Source: Paragordius varius
Taxonomy: Eukaryota; Animalia; Nematomorpha
Assembly (NCBI GenBank): GCA_964247055.1
Contig: OZ176051.1
Coordinates: 14,818,001 to 14,882,000 of the forward strand
Direction of reading: 5' to 3'
DNA: 64,000 nt
In this document: in pieces, positions 12,778 through 25,699 of the stretch
How the letters are laid out: each line of letters begins with the position of its first letter
Position numbering within the stretch: position 1 is the stretch's first letter
Position numbers and translations under genes: made by a program
Notes under the pieces: model-generated
Told to the model about the DNA's origin: nothing
What the model saw: the letters and a program-made list of their open reading frames with translations, nothing else
Databases searched by the model: none

Positions 12778-13937
12778 GTCGCGACATCATTACAAAATAT
12801 AAAAAGACAAAACGCAAACATAAAGATAAATAGTATTTTAAAAGTTAACCATATTCATAATTTAAGCGCTTTTTCCTTAAACTAATTATATGATTAATTA
12901 ATTAATCAAGTTGGCATGGTTAATCTAAACCAAATTCATGTAATAATTGTAAGGATTTAAATTGACAACCAACACGGTAAAAAGCCGAGATTTATTTTAT
13001 ATACATAATACACAGTGCCCACAAATAATATCCTGATGAAATCTGAATGGAAAATGTATCAAAATATCCTGGTGCTTTTGATTTTAGCCCTTGTGAGTGA
13101 TTTAAGAAAAAAACTACTCCATATCAGAAGGTGGCAAAACTTGCGCACATTTTATTATAAATTTTTTTGTTGAAAGCTTAATGCTTCATTCCAAAAAAGA
13201 TGACTATATATCATAAACTACATATAAAAAGCAAAACAATATTTTTAAAAAATTAAAAATTTTAGATTAGAGCTCAAAACGCACATTTTTTCACTTTTCT
13301 ATAATAGGCTAATTCCCTTAGCGCAATATGCCAATACGCGATAAAAATTTTAAATCTATGCTAAATTTTGATATTAATATATTTTAACAAAATACATACT
13401 TTAAAAAATTTTATTTTTAGCAAAATTTTGTTGAAGCGTTATTCAATTTTGAGGCATAAGAGAAATAGTATAAACCCCTTAAACATAGTATCAAAACACT
13501 TTATATATATATACTTTGATAATATTGAATATTCCTTATCACATTGGGGTTTGATTTATATTATTTGTTCGTTTTCAAATTTATGTTAATATACTATTTT
13601 TTAAAAAATTCACCATAGTTTCATAGCAAGGGAAACATATTTCGTAGAATATTTTCTATAGCCCTCGATTTTGGACCCAGTATATATATATATTCAAAAA
13701 TATGGCTGTCTTTTAGTAAATATACTTTATTATATAATTTTACGTTTTGTCGTATAAACTAAAATTTTTACTGCAAAAGACAACTTTTTTGATAGATTAT
13801 AATATATTTTGCATTGGCATAATATTATATCAATATTTTCCCATTGACTATAGAATTTAAACGAAACGTGCGGTTCAGTCCATCAACAAGGGCTTTGCTT
13901 ACCACATTTGTATTGCCAACAGAATAGTCATTTTTTT

Positions 13938-14108
13938 ATGGGTCTTTGCATATCCAACCCAGATTTGAGAGGTAAAAACACGAAATTGAAATTCAAACCC
14001 AAGCGTTCTGCAGGCAAAGGAAAGCCTAAGAACCAGACAAAGTCTCGGCGTCTAACTGATAAGCAGAAAAAATTTGGCAAAAATGTTTTATTATCACACT
14101 TAGCATAA
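13938..14108 (+). CDS. Candidate 56-aa basic ORF or first exon beginning MGLCIS
   Basis: ATG at 13938; MGxCxS N-terminus followed by a Lys/Arg-rich stretch; GC above background; possible 42-nt in-frame intron at 13972-14013. Confidence 0.3.
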   Translation: MGLCISNPDLRGKNTKLKFKPKRSAGKGKPKNQTKSRRLTDKQKKFGKNVLLSHLA

Positions 14109-14339
14109 TAATATTAGATGGGTGCCATTTTTAATAATTGTATGGGGCCTTTTAAAGAAATCTACTGTATCCTTTTCATCATATATTATAGCATCTAAAT
14201 GGGATATTTAATAATTACACAATGAATATGATTTAATAAATGATACCTATTACAATATATTTTAATTTTCCCAATGATTTCCTATCATGGTTTTTTAAGT
14301 AGCTTTTCTGGTTTTAATTGTCACAATAAGACATCAAAT

Positions 14340-14900
14340 AGTATGTATGAATTGCTACAAGTCGAGGTCGACTTTTTGCAATATTGTAAATAAGACTTCT
14401 CCAAAGATTGCGATTTTTAATTTTAATGTTGAGTTTGCCAAGGTTGCATTGGTTTCTTTTACACTATTGTACAATCACCGTATCCTTCTTCGGCCCATTT
14501 TACGTGCATAACTAACCTTACTTAACATCAAGGACTTTTTCAGTGAGTTAGTTCTCATAATTTAGTGTTGTTAGTTATTTTGCCCGTTTATTTTATTTGC
14601 AGGAGTTTTCTCCACATCCAGAGTCCGTTAAGGTCCAACCTTTACACCCTCAGGGAAATGTTGGAAAAACGAATGTATTTGTGCGAATTTTAATTTTTAA
14701 GCTTAAATCATGGGACGTTTTGGCCATAGCAATCCTCCGTTTAATCTCGGGAGTATAATTATTATCGTCAGGTATTATACTCCCAAGATTTGTGTAATTT
14801 TTGACTGTTTCAATAAAATTTCCGTTAACAGTTTTGAAGCGTTTGCATTCAGGTTAATTTGTAAAATATCTTTATTTAAAAAGATTAATCTGTGGCATTG
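14340..14900 (-). mobile_element. 3' fragment of an RTE-clade (BovB-like) LINE
   Basis: Minus strand reads NGNFIETVKNYTNLGSII..EIKRRIAMAKT..KIKIRT..GCKGWTLT. The 3' end is similar to 30780-30960. Confidence 0.7.
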
Positions 14901-14949
14901 ACATCTACAAAATGTTGTAGTATGAGCGCCAATGAGTTTGGATTTTCTG

Positions 14950-17900
14950 TGAAGATAATTGTTTCATCTCTGTGAGTTATACATCCTTGTTGGATGTACA
15001 ACAGCGCTGTAAATATAGATCAATATTTTTATCGCACATCACATTTGAGATCTTTTTATAATATGCCCGACTATTTCATCTTAGATTTTAAAGAACCTTC
15101 TGCTAAAATAGCTAAATGTTGGCGTTCTTCGTGACCTTTTGATGCCCAACCTTATTTCCATTTCTTATTTTTTCCCACCAAAATTTTAGTTTCATTTTCT
15201 TTATTAACTTTTGCGCACCGTCGTAACACATCAAACCATTTGCTCACAAAATTTTTTAATTCATGCAACTCGTTTAATAGCATTATTAGGTCGTCTGCAT
15301 AAAAAAACCAACCACCATTTTGCCCCACTTCTTAAATTTCGTCTATGCATATTATAAATAGTAAAGGACTGATTTCTTACCCCTGATAACCTTTGATTAT
15401 TTCAATAGGATCTGACACTCCTTGGTGTGTTTTAATTTTGGCATGGTGAGATCCGTACACACTTTTTAGAATTTTGTGTAACTTTCAGGAACTTTTTTTC
15501 GTCTTAAACTCCACCATATTGTATTCCGTGTAATTCTGTAAAACGCCTGCAACTCCTTTTTCATTTCTATATGCTTTTCAAATAGCTTTCTTACTGCGTG
15601 AATCATATCAATGGTGGGCTTTCCCGGAATAAAACCAAATTGATCCTCTATACCAGGGCTTCTTAAACTATGGGTCGCAACCCCGTTTGGGGTCGCGTAG
15701 CAAAACTATGGGGTCGCGAGTGATAAAAAACAATCTAACAAAAAATGTTTTAAACTCGTAAAATTATTGTTATAACGAAAAACATCGTGGATAAATATAT
15801 CATAAAATCTTCTGGTTCGGCAAGACTGTTTATACCAGCATTTTCATTGCAATCATTATAATCTGTATATCTATAAAAATGGCAAATGCTGGCTTTTAGA
15901 TATGTTTCCGGAAAACCAGTATACCTATTCAAATTGAAATGTCAAAAAATATAATCATTAATGAATGCCCCGAGAATAGTGTCGCCCTTTTTTTGGTCGG
16001 CTTCCAGTTCGTACCCACCCCGTGTAAAAAATGGTTTTTTTAAAAAAAGAAGTCTAGAAAAATCGTGTCTTTGAGACAATTTTCCGGAAAACGTGTTGGA
16101 CCATTCGATTTCAAATATAATTATTTTTACATTTTTTCGATTGCGCCGAAACTAGTCGGCTTACTTTTTTAATTTAGGCTCTCGTTTTAAACACTCCCCC
16201 ATAAAATGCCATTTTTTCAAAAACTAAATAAATTTTTGCCCAGGGTATGAAACTGTTAAAATTCCTTTAGGATTCGAGTTATTCTCTGTTAAAATGCAAA
16301 AATTATAGTCTCGCGTTTTTTTTAATTAAAGCTGCCGGGTAAGGAGATACCCGCTAAAACTGCACTGCTATATAGAAATTGCGTTTTTTTGGAGCTAATT
16401 TACAGAAAATTTATGAAGCCATATGAGCTCATCGAAAGCTTGAAATATTACCCCTAACTTAGTAAAAATTAAGGTCGGGTTATTTATTAGCCGTTAATTT
16501 GGGGCCTTTATGCCCTAACCATCATATAAGGTTTATTTACTGTTGAGGTATTTTTTCGAATAACCCATGAGAAGATGGTATTAAAGATGATTCCAAATAT
16601 TTGCCCTATAAAGGCAAAGAATTCAGCGCTTTTCATATAGGTCTATGGGTAGGGGTCTATCGGTTTAAAACTGAGACGCCATACAAAATAGGCGTAGTTT
16701 TGGAGCTTATTTTAAAAAAACTTAAGAAGCCATCGAGTTCAGCTAAACACATTTCTGGGTAATTTGTATTATGATTCTTTCCTTTAAAAAGGGACCACAA
16801 ATGTACTTTTTATATCCCTTGATCACAGCTGTATGAACACAATGACAAATTAGAACTTTTAATCATGATTTCGTAAAACGAAAATCTTAAAATAATTGGT
16901 CAATTTCGAGTACACAATATTTCAATGTGTGCAAAAACCCGTTAAAAAGACATTCTTTTTATTAAATATGTTTATTATTATTTTTTTATCTCCATTATAT
17001 TTATTGCGAATGAATAATTATCGGTGAGACTACGCCACACCGAAGCGTCACAGGGCCAGCTAGTATCTTGTATAAATGAATCAGAAAATGTTATAGAAAC
17101 ATAAATAAATAGTTATCTCTCAAAACCGAAATAATCCTGATAAATATTATCACAAGATTTCTAAGTGTTATTTCAAAGAAACTATTATTTTTTTATATTT
17201 GTTGGGGTCGTTAAGAAACTTGCAATCTTAAATGGGGTTGGGAACTACAAAAGTTTAAGAAGCCCTGCTCTATCCTAATCATTTTTCTAATTTGTTTCTC
17301 TAGTATTTTTTCAATTTACTTTCATTGTATCGACATCAATCCTATCCCTTTGTAAATGTTACTATCTCCTTTACCCTTAAAAATAAGAACAGTGAAGTTC
17401 CTTTAATTTGGATGGTATTACACCTGTAGTAACTACATTATTAAAAATATCGGTCAAAAATTTAGACATTATTTTCCAACACTATGTTAATATTGTTTGG
17501 ACCTGCAGTTTTATTTATAGACATTACTTCTAAACCAACCTGGACTTCTTTATAATTTCAATATGCGCAGCTACATATTCTGGTTTCGGGTTAATTCGTT
17601 ACACTGACGCCCAATTCAAGGCTTGGAAATATTCTTTCCACCTATTCAATCTCTTCCTCAACGAGTATTTACCGTTTCTGTCTTTAATAGCTGTGGCGTA
17701 AGGGGGCAAGTTCAGGTTTCTTCTGTGTCTTTGTCGAGCAATTTTAAAAACTTTGTTTAAACCTTGCTTACTGTTTAACTCTTCATATAATGATGCCGTC
17801 TTTTCTTTTTTGACCAATCTTACAAGCCTTTTAAGTTCCTTATTAATCCTTTTATATTTTTCCTTGTCTTCTGCTTGGTGGGTAAACCTCCACATTTTAA

Positions 17901-18960
17901 AAGCTTTTCTTTTCTCTCGCGATTTCAGAATTATTTTTTCGTCTTTCAGCCATGCCTCTCTATAAACCTGGTTTCTGCCACCTTTCATTCCGCACACCTT
18001 AACTCCCGCCTCTCTTATTTTTTTTTTGCCACCTGAGACCAAACACTTTCTGGATCACTGTTCCTGTCTAGTATGCCTACCGTTTCTACAAATCTTTCTT
18101 TACTGTTTCTTAGGGAATCCCATTTAATTACCTTCGGCGCTATAAGCTTAGGCTTTTTGGCATTTATTGGTATATCTGTCATATATTTACACATAATTAA
18201 ATTGTGTGTGTGCTAATCTGCAGGTTAGGTATCACTTTGCAGTCCAAAACAAACTTTAAAGACTTTCGTGGTACTAGAAAATCGATTTGTGACTTCTTAT
18301 TTCCGCTTTCGTAGGTAATTAAGTGGCTATCCCTTTTAGTAAAAAAAGTATTTGTTGTAGCAAAGTTATAAGATTGGGTAAATCTTAATAAACTAGCCCC
18401 TTCTTCATTTATAACCCCGTAACCTTTTCCGCCGTGCCAAGACTCAAAACCTCTCCTATTTTGTCCCACGTGCCCATTGAAATCACCACAAAATATAATT
18501 TCTCTGTCTTTCGTTAATGAAGTCATTTCTGCGTCTAACAAATCATAAAATTTATCTTTCTCCGGTTTAGTTAACCCTATCTGGGGGGCATAAACGCTAA
18601 AGATGATAAAAACCCTCTTATTTAACAATAGGTGGACACTTATAATTCCACTGTCAGCACGTTTAACCTCCATTGATTAACAAATCTTGGACACACTATT
18701 ATGGCGACCTCACTGTAACCATCCGTAGAACCTGAATAAAACATTTTATAATTACCCTCTAGTCTTAGTACCATTTCCACGGTATCTGGTCTCCGGAATG
18801 CCAAAAAATTTACCTTTTTTAACCTCATAGTTTCAACTAAATCATATAACTTACTTTTTTACGAACCAACTATACTTGCAAAACACATTTTACAACCTTC
18901 CTTATCCCTATTGGCCCCTACCTCAGTGCAGCGGGCCGGGTCGGGCCTGCACGCCTTACA
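14950..18960 (-). mobile_element. Degenerate RTE-clade LINE (APE endonuclease + RT), split by a hAT insertion
   Basis: APE motifs SVYAPQ, GDFNGHVG, NTFF, SQIDF (18197-18828); linker ending NRWKEYF (17599-18042); IFKGKGD near 17370. Left of the insertion: DQFGFIPGKPTID, SPLLFII and YADD (about 15290-15645). Confidence 0.9.
15654..17267. mobile_element. Non-autonomous hAT (Buster-type) element, 1.6 kb, inserted in the LINE RT
   Basis: Perfect 16-bp TIR CAGGGCTTCTTAAACT; TSD CTCTATAC / CTCTATCC (7 of 8). The LINE frame continues across the junction. Confidence 0.9.
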
Positions 18961-19477
18961 AAAAACACTCATAAAAAAACAAAAATACAATAAAGAAGAA
19001 TAATATAGATGAAAATAAACACTAAAATATATAGTAACTAATATGTAAATGCAACTAAAAAAGAATCAAAAATTTTAACCAAAAAATAATAATAAAAAAA
19101 CATATATCAATATATATCAATAAATAAAAATGAAATAAAATACGCATCTTTACAACTGAGGAAAAAGAATTTTGATTCGGAATATGTAATATACTTCAAA
19201 TAAAACAATAAATAGATAAAATATAAGAAAAATATTATAAAGGTGATTTCGCGCATTTTTTGAATGAATGAGAAAAACTGATAAAAGATAGAATAAACTT
19301 TGAAAATAAATAGATAACAATAGATAATTATAATAATTGGTATAAATAATAATTTGGGTATGAAATTAATTAAGAATTTTTTGTTTTTGAAGTTGTGTCA
19401 GATGGGTCGAACGCGCGCGCGTCCAAACGTGTTATATAGCCGTGAAGATATTTAAAAAGTTATAAATGAGATAATAC

Positions 19478-19748
19478 TGTAAAAATTGAAATTATACGGG
19501 CAAAACGTAAAAATATAAAGACAAATATTTTTTTCTAAAGACAACCATTTTTTTTTAAACCTTAAACCTACCTTATAAGCTATTTACTTACAATAATAAA
19601 TTATAGCATAGATTGTGTTAGTAATATATATATATATATATATATCTATTACACTTTGCTATTATATGAAATATCAAGATTTAAAAAGTATGATTGTCTT
19701 TTAGAAAAAATTTTTTTACATTTTGTCGGTAAAATATCAGTTTATACT
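19478..19748. mobile_element. MITE family A copy with an internal (TA)n tract (19624-19645)
   Basis: Family A TIRs at both ends. Confidence 0.8.
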
Positions 19749-21727
19749 GTATTTAAAGTATCACATATTGTGTAATGATAATTTAAAACACTAGTTTTTA
19801 ATAGAAATATCAAATCCGTTTATCTCGTTAAATATTAATAGAAAATAATAATTTTTAATGTTTAAAGCAAAAAAAATTTGCATAAAATGGGATTCTATTT
19901 TATAAATGCGAGTTTTGAATGATATAATGTTTAAAGTTAAGCTAGCTCGTTTTTTTGTATATTAAATTTTATTTTTGTTAATTAGAATTAAAATAAAAAT
20001 TAAAGATTTAAAATTATATTATATATATGGTAAAATAGTTTAAAATATTAGTTATATACATATTTTTTTACAAAATTAACGAGTAAATATAAAAATATTA
20101 ATACAGTAATTGACATTATATGGATAAAACGTGAAAATATAAAGATAAATATGCTTTTCTTAAAGACAATCTTATTTAAATCTAAGTTAATATCAATATA
20201 ACTCGTTGTTTTAAATGGTAAAATGTGTAATAAAGATATATAGAACTACAATTAACTCTCTATTTTATGCACCTTAACTCATAAAAATTAAGGCTTTCAG
20301 TATGGAAAAGATAAAATATTTTATTAAAAGACATCCTTATTACTAAAACATTGAATTTTAAAGTTGCTGGGTCGTTTAGACGAGTAAAATCATTTTTTAC
20401 GTTTTTGTCCTATTTATATAGGGAATATTTAGACTGCATATATAAAAATAATGTTACCCATTTATTATTACAGTAAATGTTTTGTTGTGCTTACAATGAA
20501 TAGAATGAGGTGTGTTTGTGCAAAAAATAGTTAAAAACTAATTTCTTTAAAAAATTAAATATTGTGCCCATTACTATCCAACACAGTAAAAATCAAATTT
20601 ATACAGACAAAATGTAAAAATTTAAAAGATTTTTTTAAAGAGATAACCATATTTTTTCTTAATACAGTATCCATTTTAATGGTTGCTGATTTTCCATATA
20701 GTAGGGCAATTTGCACAGTAGTGTATGGAAAAAAAAGAAAGTAGCTAATTGTTTATTCAACATTTTGCTTTTTCCATACCCTAGTGTGTTGAAAATTGCC
20801 CAATTGTAGTGTGAAATAAGCAACATTAAAATGCATACTGTAATGTTTTGCACAGTTGACTTATCGTTTGGGGTTGGCAGACAGACGATAAAGAAATATA
20901 AATGTAAATTAGTAATGCGCAGTCAATTATATATTTTTTATATGGAAAAATATAAGAAATGTAAAAGTATGGATGTATCTATTTTTTGAAATAAAAAGAA
21001 AATTTTGTTCTTTAATTTTTGCAAATAATATAATGGAAAAAAAATTTTAGTAAAAAAATACGACGGAAGTTGTTTTTGATATTATTAGAAAAAAATATTA
21101 TATACGTATCAATCATAAAAATGTGGTTTGTGGTCAAAATATATTTATTTTCAAACAATTGAGCTTAATTAAAAATGCCGTCTTTTGATGGCTGAAAAGA
21201 CACAACAAGGCATGGAAGATATATATTTTTGTAAAGATTAAATATATACAGAAAAACATGTGTGTAAAAACATAAAGGCATATAGACCCAATTATATAAT
21301 TTAAAAGTGTAATTATACGGTCAAAACGTAAAAATAAAGACAAATATGTTTTTCTAAAAGACAACCATATTTTTTAAATCTTGATTTTTTTAAATAACTG
21401 ATTGTTTTCCAAAATATAAAGTAATGCAAAATGGTAGCAATATCAAGAGCAAAAATTAAGGTTTAAAAAGTATGGTTGTCTTTTACAAAAAAATACATAT
21501 TTCGTTTTGTCCGTATAATTAAAATTTTCACTGCATATATACAGTAGCATAAGATAAAATGAAGATAGTTAAATTTACACAAATTCATCATCAATTTACA
21601 TTCTAAAAATAAAACATATGAGAGCATAAATATATAATTTATTTCATAAAAAAATTTATAAACAAAACGTAAAAGCTAAAAGGCAAATATTATTTTTGGC
21701 ATAAAAAAACAGAACTTACATTTTTAA

Positions 21728-22301
21728 AACTTCGATTCAATTTCGGGTATTTAAATACCCCAGACAAAATTTGAGTTAGATTTTTAAAAAATACTGAAGG
21801 AAACGGTCCCAATTTAATTTTATGCTTCTATTCTAATAAAAATTATATAAATATTCCAAAATATCTTAATAAATTTTTGTTTTAAAAAAAAAGTTCCATG
21901 TCAAACTACTTCGGCGCCATTTTTATTTGACAAAATTTTTGCAAAATATCGTCTTTATTTGATTTTAAGGGTAAAATTACAGCTAATTTTTTATTTAAAT
22001 TACATCTAACTTTGATAGAAATAGGAAAAGCAGTTTATTTTGTATTATTTTTTGATTTTATCATTTAACACATGTCACGTTGACTAAATTTTTACCTTTC
22101 GGTTTTAGCTTAAAATAAGTAATATCAAGTATTTTTGAATAAAATTTTTTATATATTTCGGATTATTAATGATATATAAGTGCAAAATTTTACCACGGTT
22201 TCGATTCCTTCCATATTTTTTAATGAATTTAATTTTAAATAGGCCTGGGGTATTTAACTGCCCCAATCGAAGGACTAAAATGAATGTGTTGTATCCAAGT
22301 G
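21728..22301 (-). mobile_element. piggyBac-like MITE family B copy
   Basis: Reverse-oriented copy ending GTATCCAAGTG|TTAA; TTAA also on the left. Confidence 0.75.
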
Positions 22302-22392
22302 TTAAAATTGAAGCAAAAATGCCGATATTGGTAAATTTAACATGTGCTAAATTTCGACATCCAAATAATTTTTTTTTAAAAAATGTGTAATT

Positions 22393-22674
22393 CAGTAAAA
22401 ATTGAATTATACGAACAAAAAGTATAAATATAAAGACAAATATTTTTTTATAAACCATACTTTTATATCTTGTTATATCCTATGAAAATCATTGAATCAC
22501 CATCGTAAAACACATAATTTATCGCGTTAATAATTTACATCTCTATTCTAAACTGTGCAATTTAAAACAATGAGTTATATTTAAAGATTATGATTTAAAA
22601 AGTATGGTTGTCTATTAGAAAACAATATTTGTCCGTATTTTTACGTTTTGTCCCTAATATTTCAATTTTTACTG
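22393..22674. mobile_element. MITE family A copy
   Basis: CAGTAAAAATTGAATTATACGAAC.. and ..TTTCAATTTTTACTG|TA. Confidence 0.85.
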
Positions 22675-23861
22675 TAAATTTTGGAGCGAGTTTTGTTAAA
22701 GTATGGTGGAAAGGGTATAAAAACACTTTTAAATATTCTATAAACATTTTCTATTATTCCAGTTTCTTATTACCTCAGAATATAAATTTATTGATTCTGG
22801 GTGAATTTTTTATAAAAACGATTTACATATAACATAAACGAATATTTAAATAATTCTGAGGTATATAAATGAGAATAAATAAAAAGTGTTTCTTAACGCT
22901 TTTCATACCTTTTCAATCATGCCTCGAAAAGTATGACTACGCTTCAAAAAATAATTACTACAATTAAATTTTCATTTTTTCACTATTTTGTTTTTTAATG
23001 CCATCTAGCAGGCTAAAAAATTTTATCCCAAAATTTCGCCAAATCTTGTCCATTTTAGAGGGGGGAGGGGAAATTTCAGACTTTTGGAGCAGACGTCTGG
23101 AAAATAAAAATCCTGAAAAATTATATGTTGCTTTCTTTGATGTAGTTTAAGTATATTTAAATGTTCTGGTGTTTATTATTGAATTTAAATAATAATATTT
23201 CAGTGCGCATTTTTTGCGTTCGTTGATAAATTACCATAAAACTGAAAATATTTTACTTAAGACTTCATGATCGTTTGGGGTAGTTAAATATGTACCCTTT
23301 AAAGCGCATGTTAATATTTTTAAATAAATCGAAATCGTAATTTTCTCAAACTTTTCGACGCTATTTTTTGATTATTTATTAAATCGCCATAACAACAGAC
23401 AAATATATGTATAAATTGGTAGTAATATAAATAACTAACTTAGGTAAGGTTTCAAATTACGATTTCCCAGTATTTGATTATTTTTTCATTTCAGCTATTT
23501 GTCTCTATCATGTTTTAGAGCTATACGAATGTAAGGCTATATAAGTTGAATAACTATAGTTGTCATTTTTGATCTCACAGGGCAAGAGGTTTATTAATTA
23601 AATTTTAACAAAAATTCCACAACAGTAGTTTACTACAAAATGAGCTCTGAGATATAAAAATTACCTCAAAATATAAACTAGGACATTAAAGTGAAAAGGT
23701 GATATTAAATTATTAAAGGTCATGATTATTTAAAATTTTTTTATATGGCAAATTCTTAGGTTGTACACAATCCTTAAAAAATATATTTTGATTATGGTGT
23801 TTATGCAAATATTTTTTAACATTTGGAAACACATACATTTCAGTCCTTCGATTTAAATTAA

Positions 23862-24444
23862 CACTTGGATACAACACACTCATTTTTGTCCTTCGATTCA
23901 AATTGGGGTAGTTGGATACCCCAAGCCTGTTTAAAATCAAATACTTTAAAAAGTATGGAAGCAATCGAAACCATGGCAAAATTTTGCACTTATATAACAT
24001 TAATAAACCGAAATATATAAAAAATTTTATTCAAAAATACTTGATATTACTTATTTTGAGCTAAAACTGAAAGGTAAAAATTTAGTTAATGTGACATGTG
24101 TCAAATCGTAAAATCAAAAAATAATGCAAAATAAACCGCTTTTTCTATTTCTATCAATGTTAGATGTAATTTATATAAAAAATAAGCTTTAGTTTTACCC
24201 TTAAAATTAAATGAAGACGATATTTTGCAAAATTTTTGTAAAATAAAAATGGCGTCGAAGTAGTTTGAGATGGAACTTTTTTTTTCAAAACAAAATTTTA
24301 TTAAGAAATTTTGGCATATTTATATAATATTTATCAGGATAGAAGCATTAATTTAAATTGGGACCGTTTCCTTCAGTAGTTTTTTAAAAATTTTAATTTT
24401 AATTTAGTCTGGGGTATTTAGATACCCCAATTTGAATCGAAGTG
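23862..24444 (+). mobile_element. piggyBac-like MITE family B copy (best preserved), preceded by a duplicated left end (23820-23857)
   Basis: TTAA|CACTTGGATAC...GAATCGAAGTG|TTAA. Confidence 0.8.
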
Positions 24445-24449
24445 TTAAG

Positions 24450-24922
24450 ATAGTTAGATACCCTTTAAAATATATAAAATAAAATGAAACCGTGGCAAAA
24501 ATTTACTCTTATACATTAATGAAACGGAATATATAAAAATGCTTATTACTAATTCAGAGATAAAATTCAAAGGTAAAAATTTAGTTAACATGACATGTGT
24601 GCATAAGCTAAATATAAATAGAACGCAAAACATACCATTTTTTCTGTATATATTACTGTATGAATAAAAAGTAAACTAAATTTTAGGCTGAGTAATTTAA
24701 ACCGATATTTTGCAAAAATGTTGCATAACAAAAATGGCGGCGAAATAGTTTTATACAGAACATTTTTTAGAAAAACAAACTTTGTTTAGTATATTGGCTT
24801 ATTCATATATTTTTATTAAAATAGAAGCATAAATTTAAATTGAAACCGTTTTTTTTAATAGTTTATTTAAAAATTAACTTAAACATTTTCCGGGATATTT
24901 AGATACCTCTTGAATCGAAGTG
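24450..24922 (+). mobile_element. Second, more diverged family B copy in tandem
   Basis: Same internal order of motifs; ends GAATCGAAGTG|TTAA. Confidence 0.7.
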
Positions 24923-25517
24923 TTAATGGAAGTATCCAGCTTTGGCCAGAGAATTTTATTTACCATAATTTGCGCTAACTTTGCTATTTTCCGATACGAA
25001 TAATAAGCTTAAAGTGTATTTTTATATTAAATGACTCATATGACTTAAAACAAATCACTATATATATATATAATATATACGTATAGGATGTCTTTTTAAT
25101 ATTTTGTTTGATGGGTATATTTTAAAAAAATTTGAAAATAAAGTTTAATATAAAATGTTTGTTCTTTTTTATAAAATTTAGAATAACATAAATAACTGTC
25201 AAAATGATACCTATATACTAGACCAGTTAGTTGATCTGCTGTGTTTTAAACTATGTTAAGCCAATTATATTAATTGTATCAGAATGTTAATAATAAAGAA
25301 ATGTCAAACACGATTATAGCAAACGTCTGTTTACCCTCTTGCGTTTTTTGATGTTTTAGACTAAAATATAAACTGTTAATTAAATAGTCTTTGAGTATCT
25401 GTGCATTTCAAAACTTTCCCCAAAAATTATTAATTATTGTTAATTAAATTAAATCACATGTACAATTCCTTTACAATCAATTTTTAAATTTTCAAAATTT
25501 TGAAATTCAAAATTCAA

Positions 25518-25699
25518 ATGGATACTTCAATTCATGTTTGTTCAGGAACCGAAAAATTAGGATGTCAGAAAAATAGTTTTGGACCAAATACGCACACAAT
25601 GTTATGTAATATAATCACGAACTTCAATGCAATGCGGATAAACGAAGCAACTTTTGATATAACTATTGAGGTGGAAGGACAAAATTTTAAAGCTCATAA
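25518..25699 (+). CDS. Kelch-like gene exon 1 (BTB start, ..DITIEVEGQNFKAHK)
   Basis: ATG at 25518; donor GTAAAT at 25700. Confidence 0.9.

Noticed and set aside
17753-17965. Hydrophobic + strand ORF (similarly 39256-39627 and 45925-46254)
   Set aside because: These are shadows of A-rich retroelement coding sequence on the opposite strand.
22105-24000. F/K/I/N-rich ORFs at 22105, 22169, 22608 and 23713 (also 43990, 47310, 48549, 50265, 51589, 61084)
   Set aside because: They lie inside MITE or inverted-repeat copies and reflect AT-rich composition.
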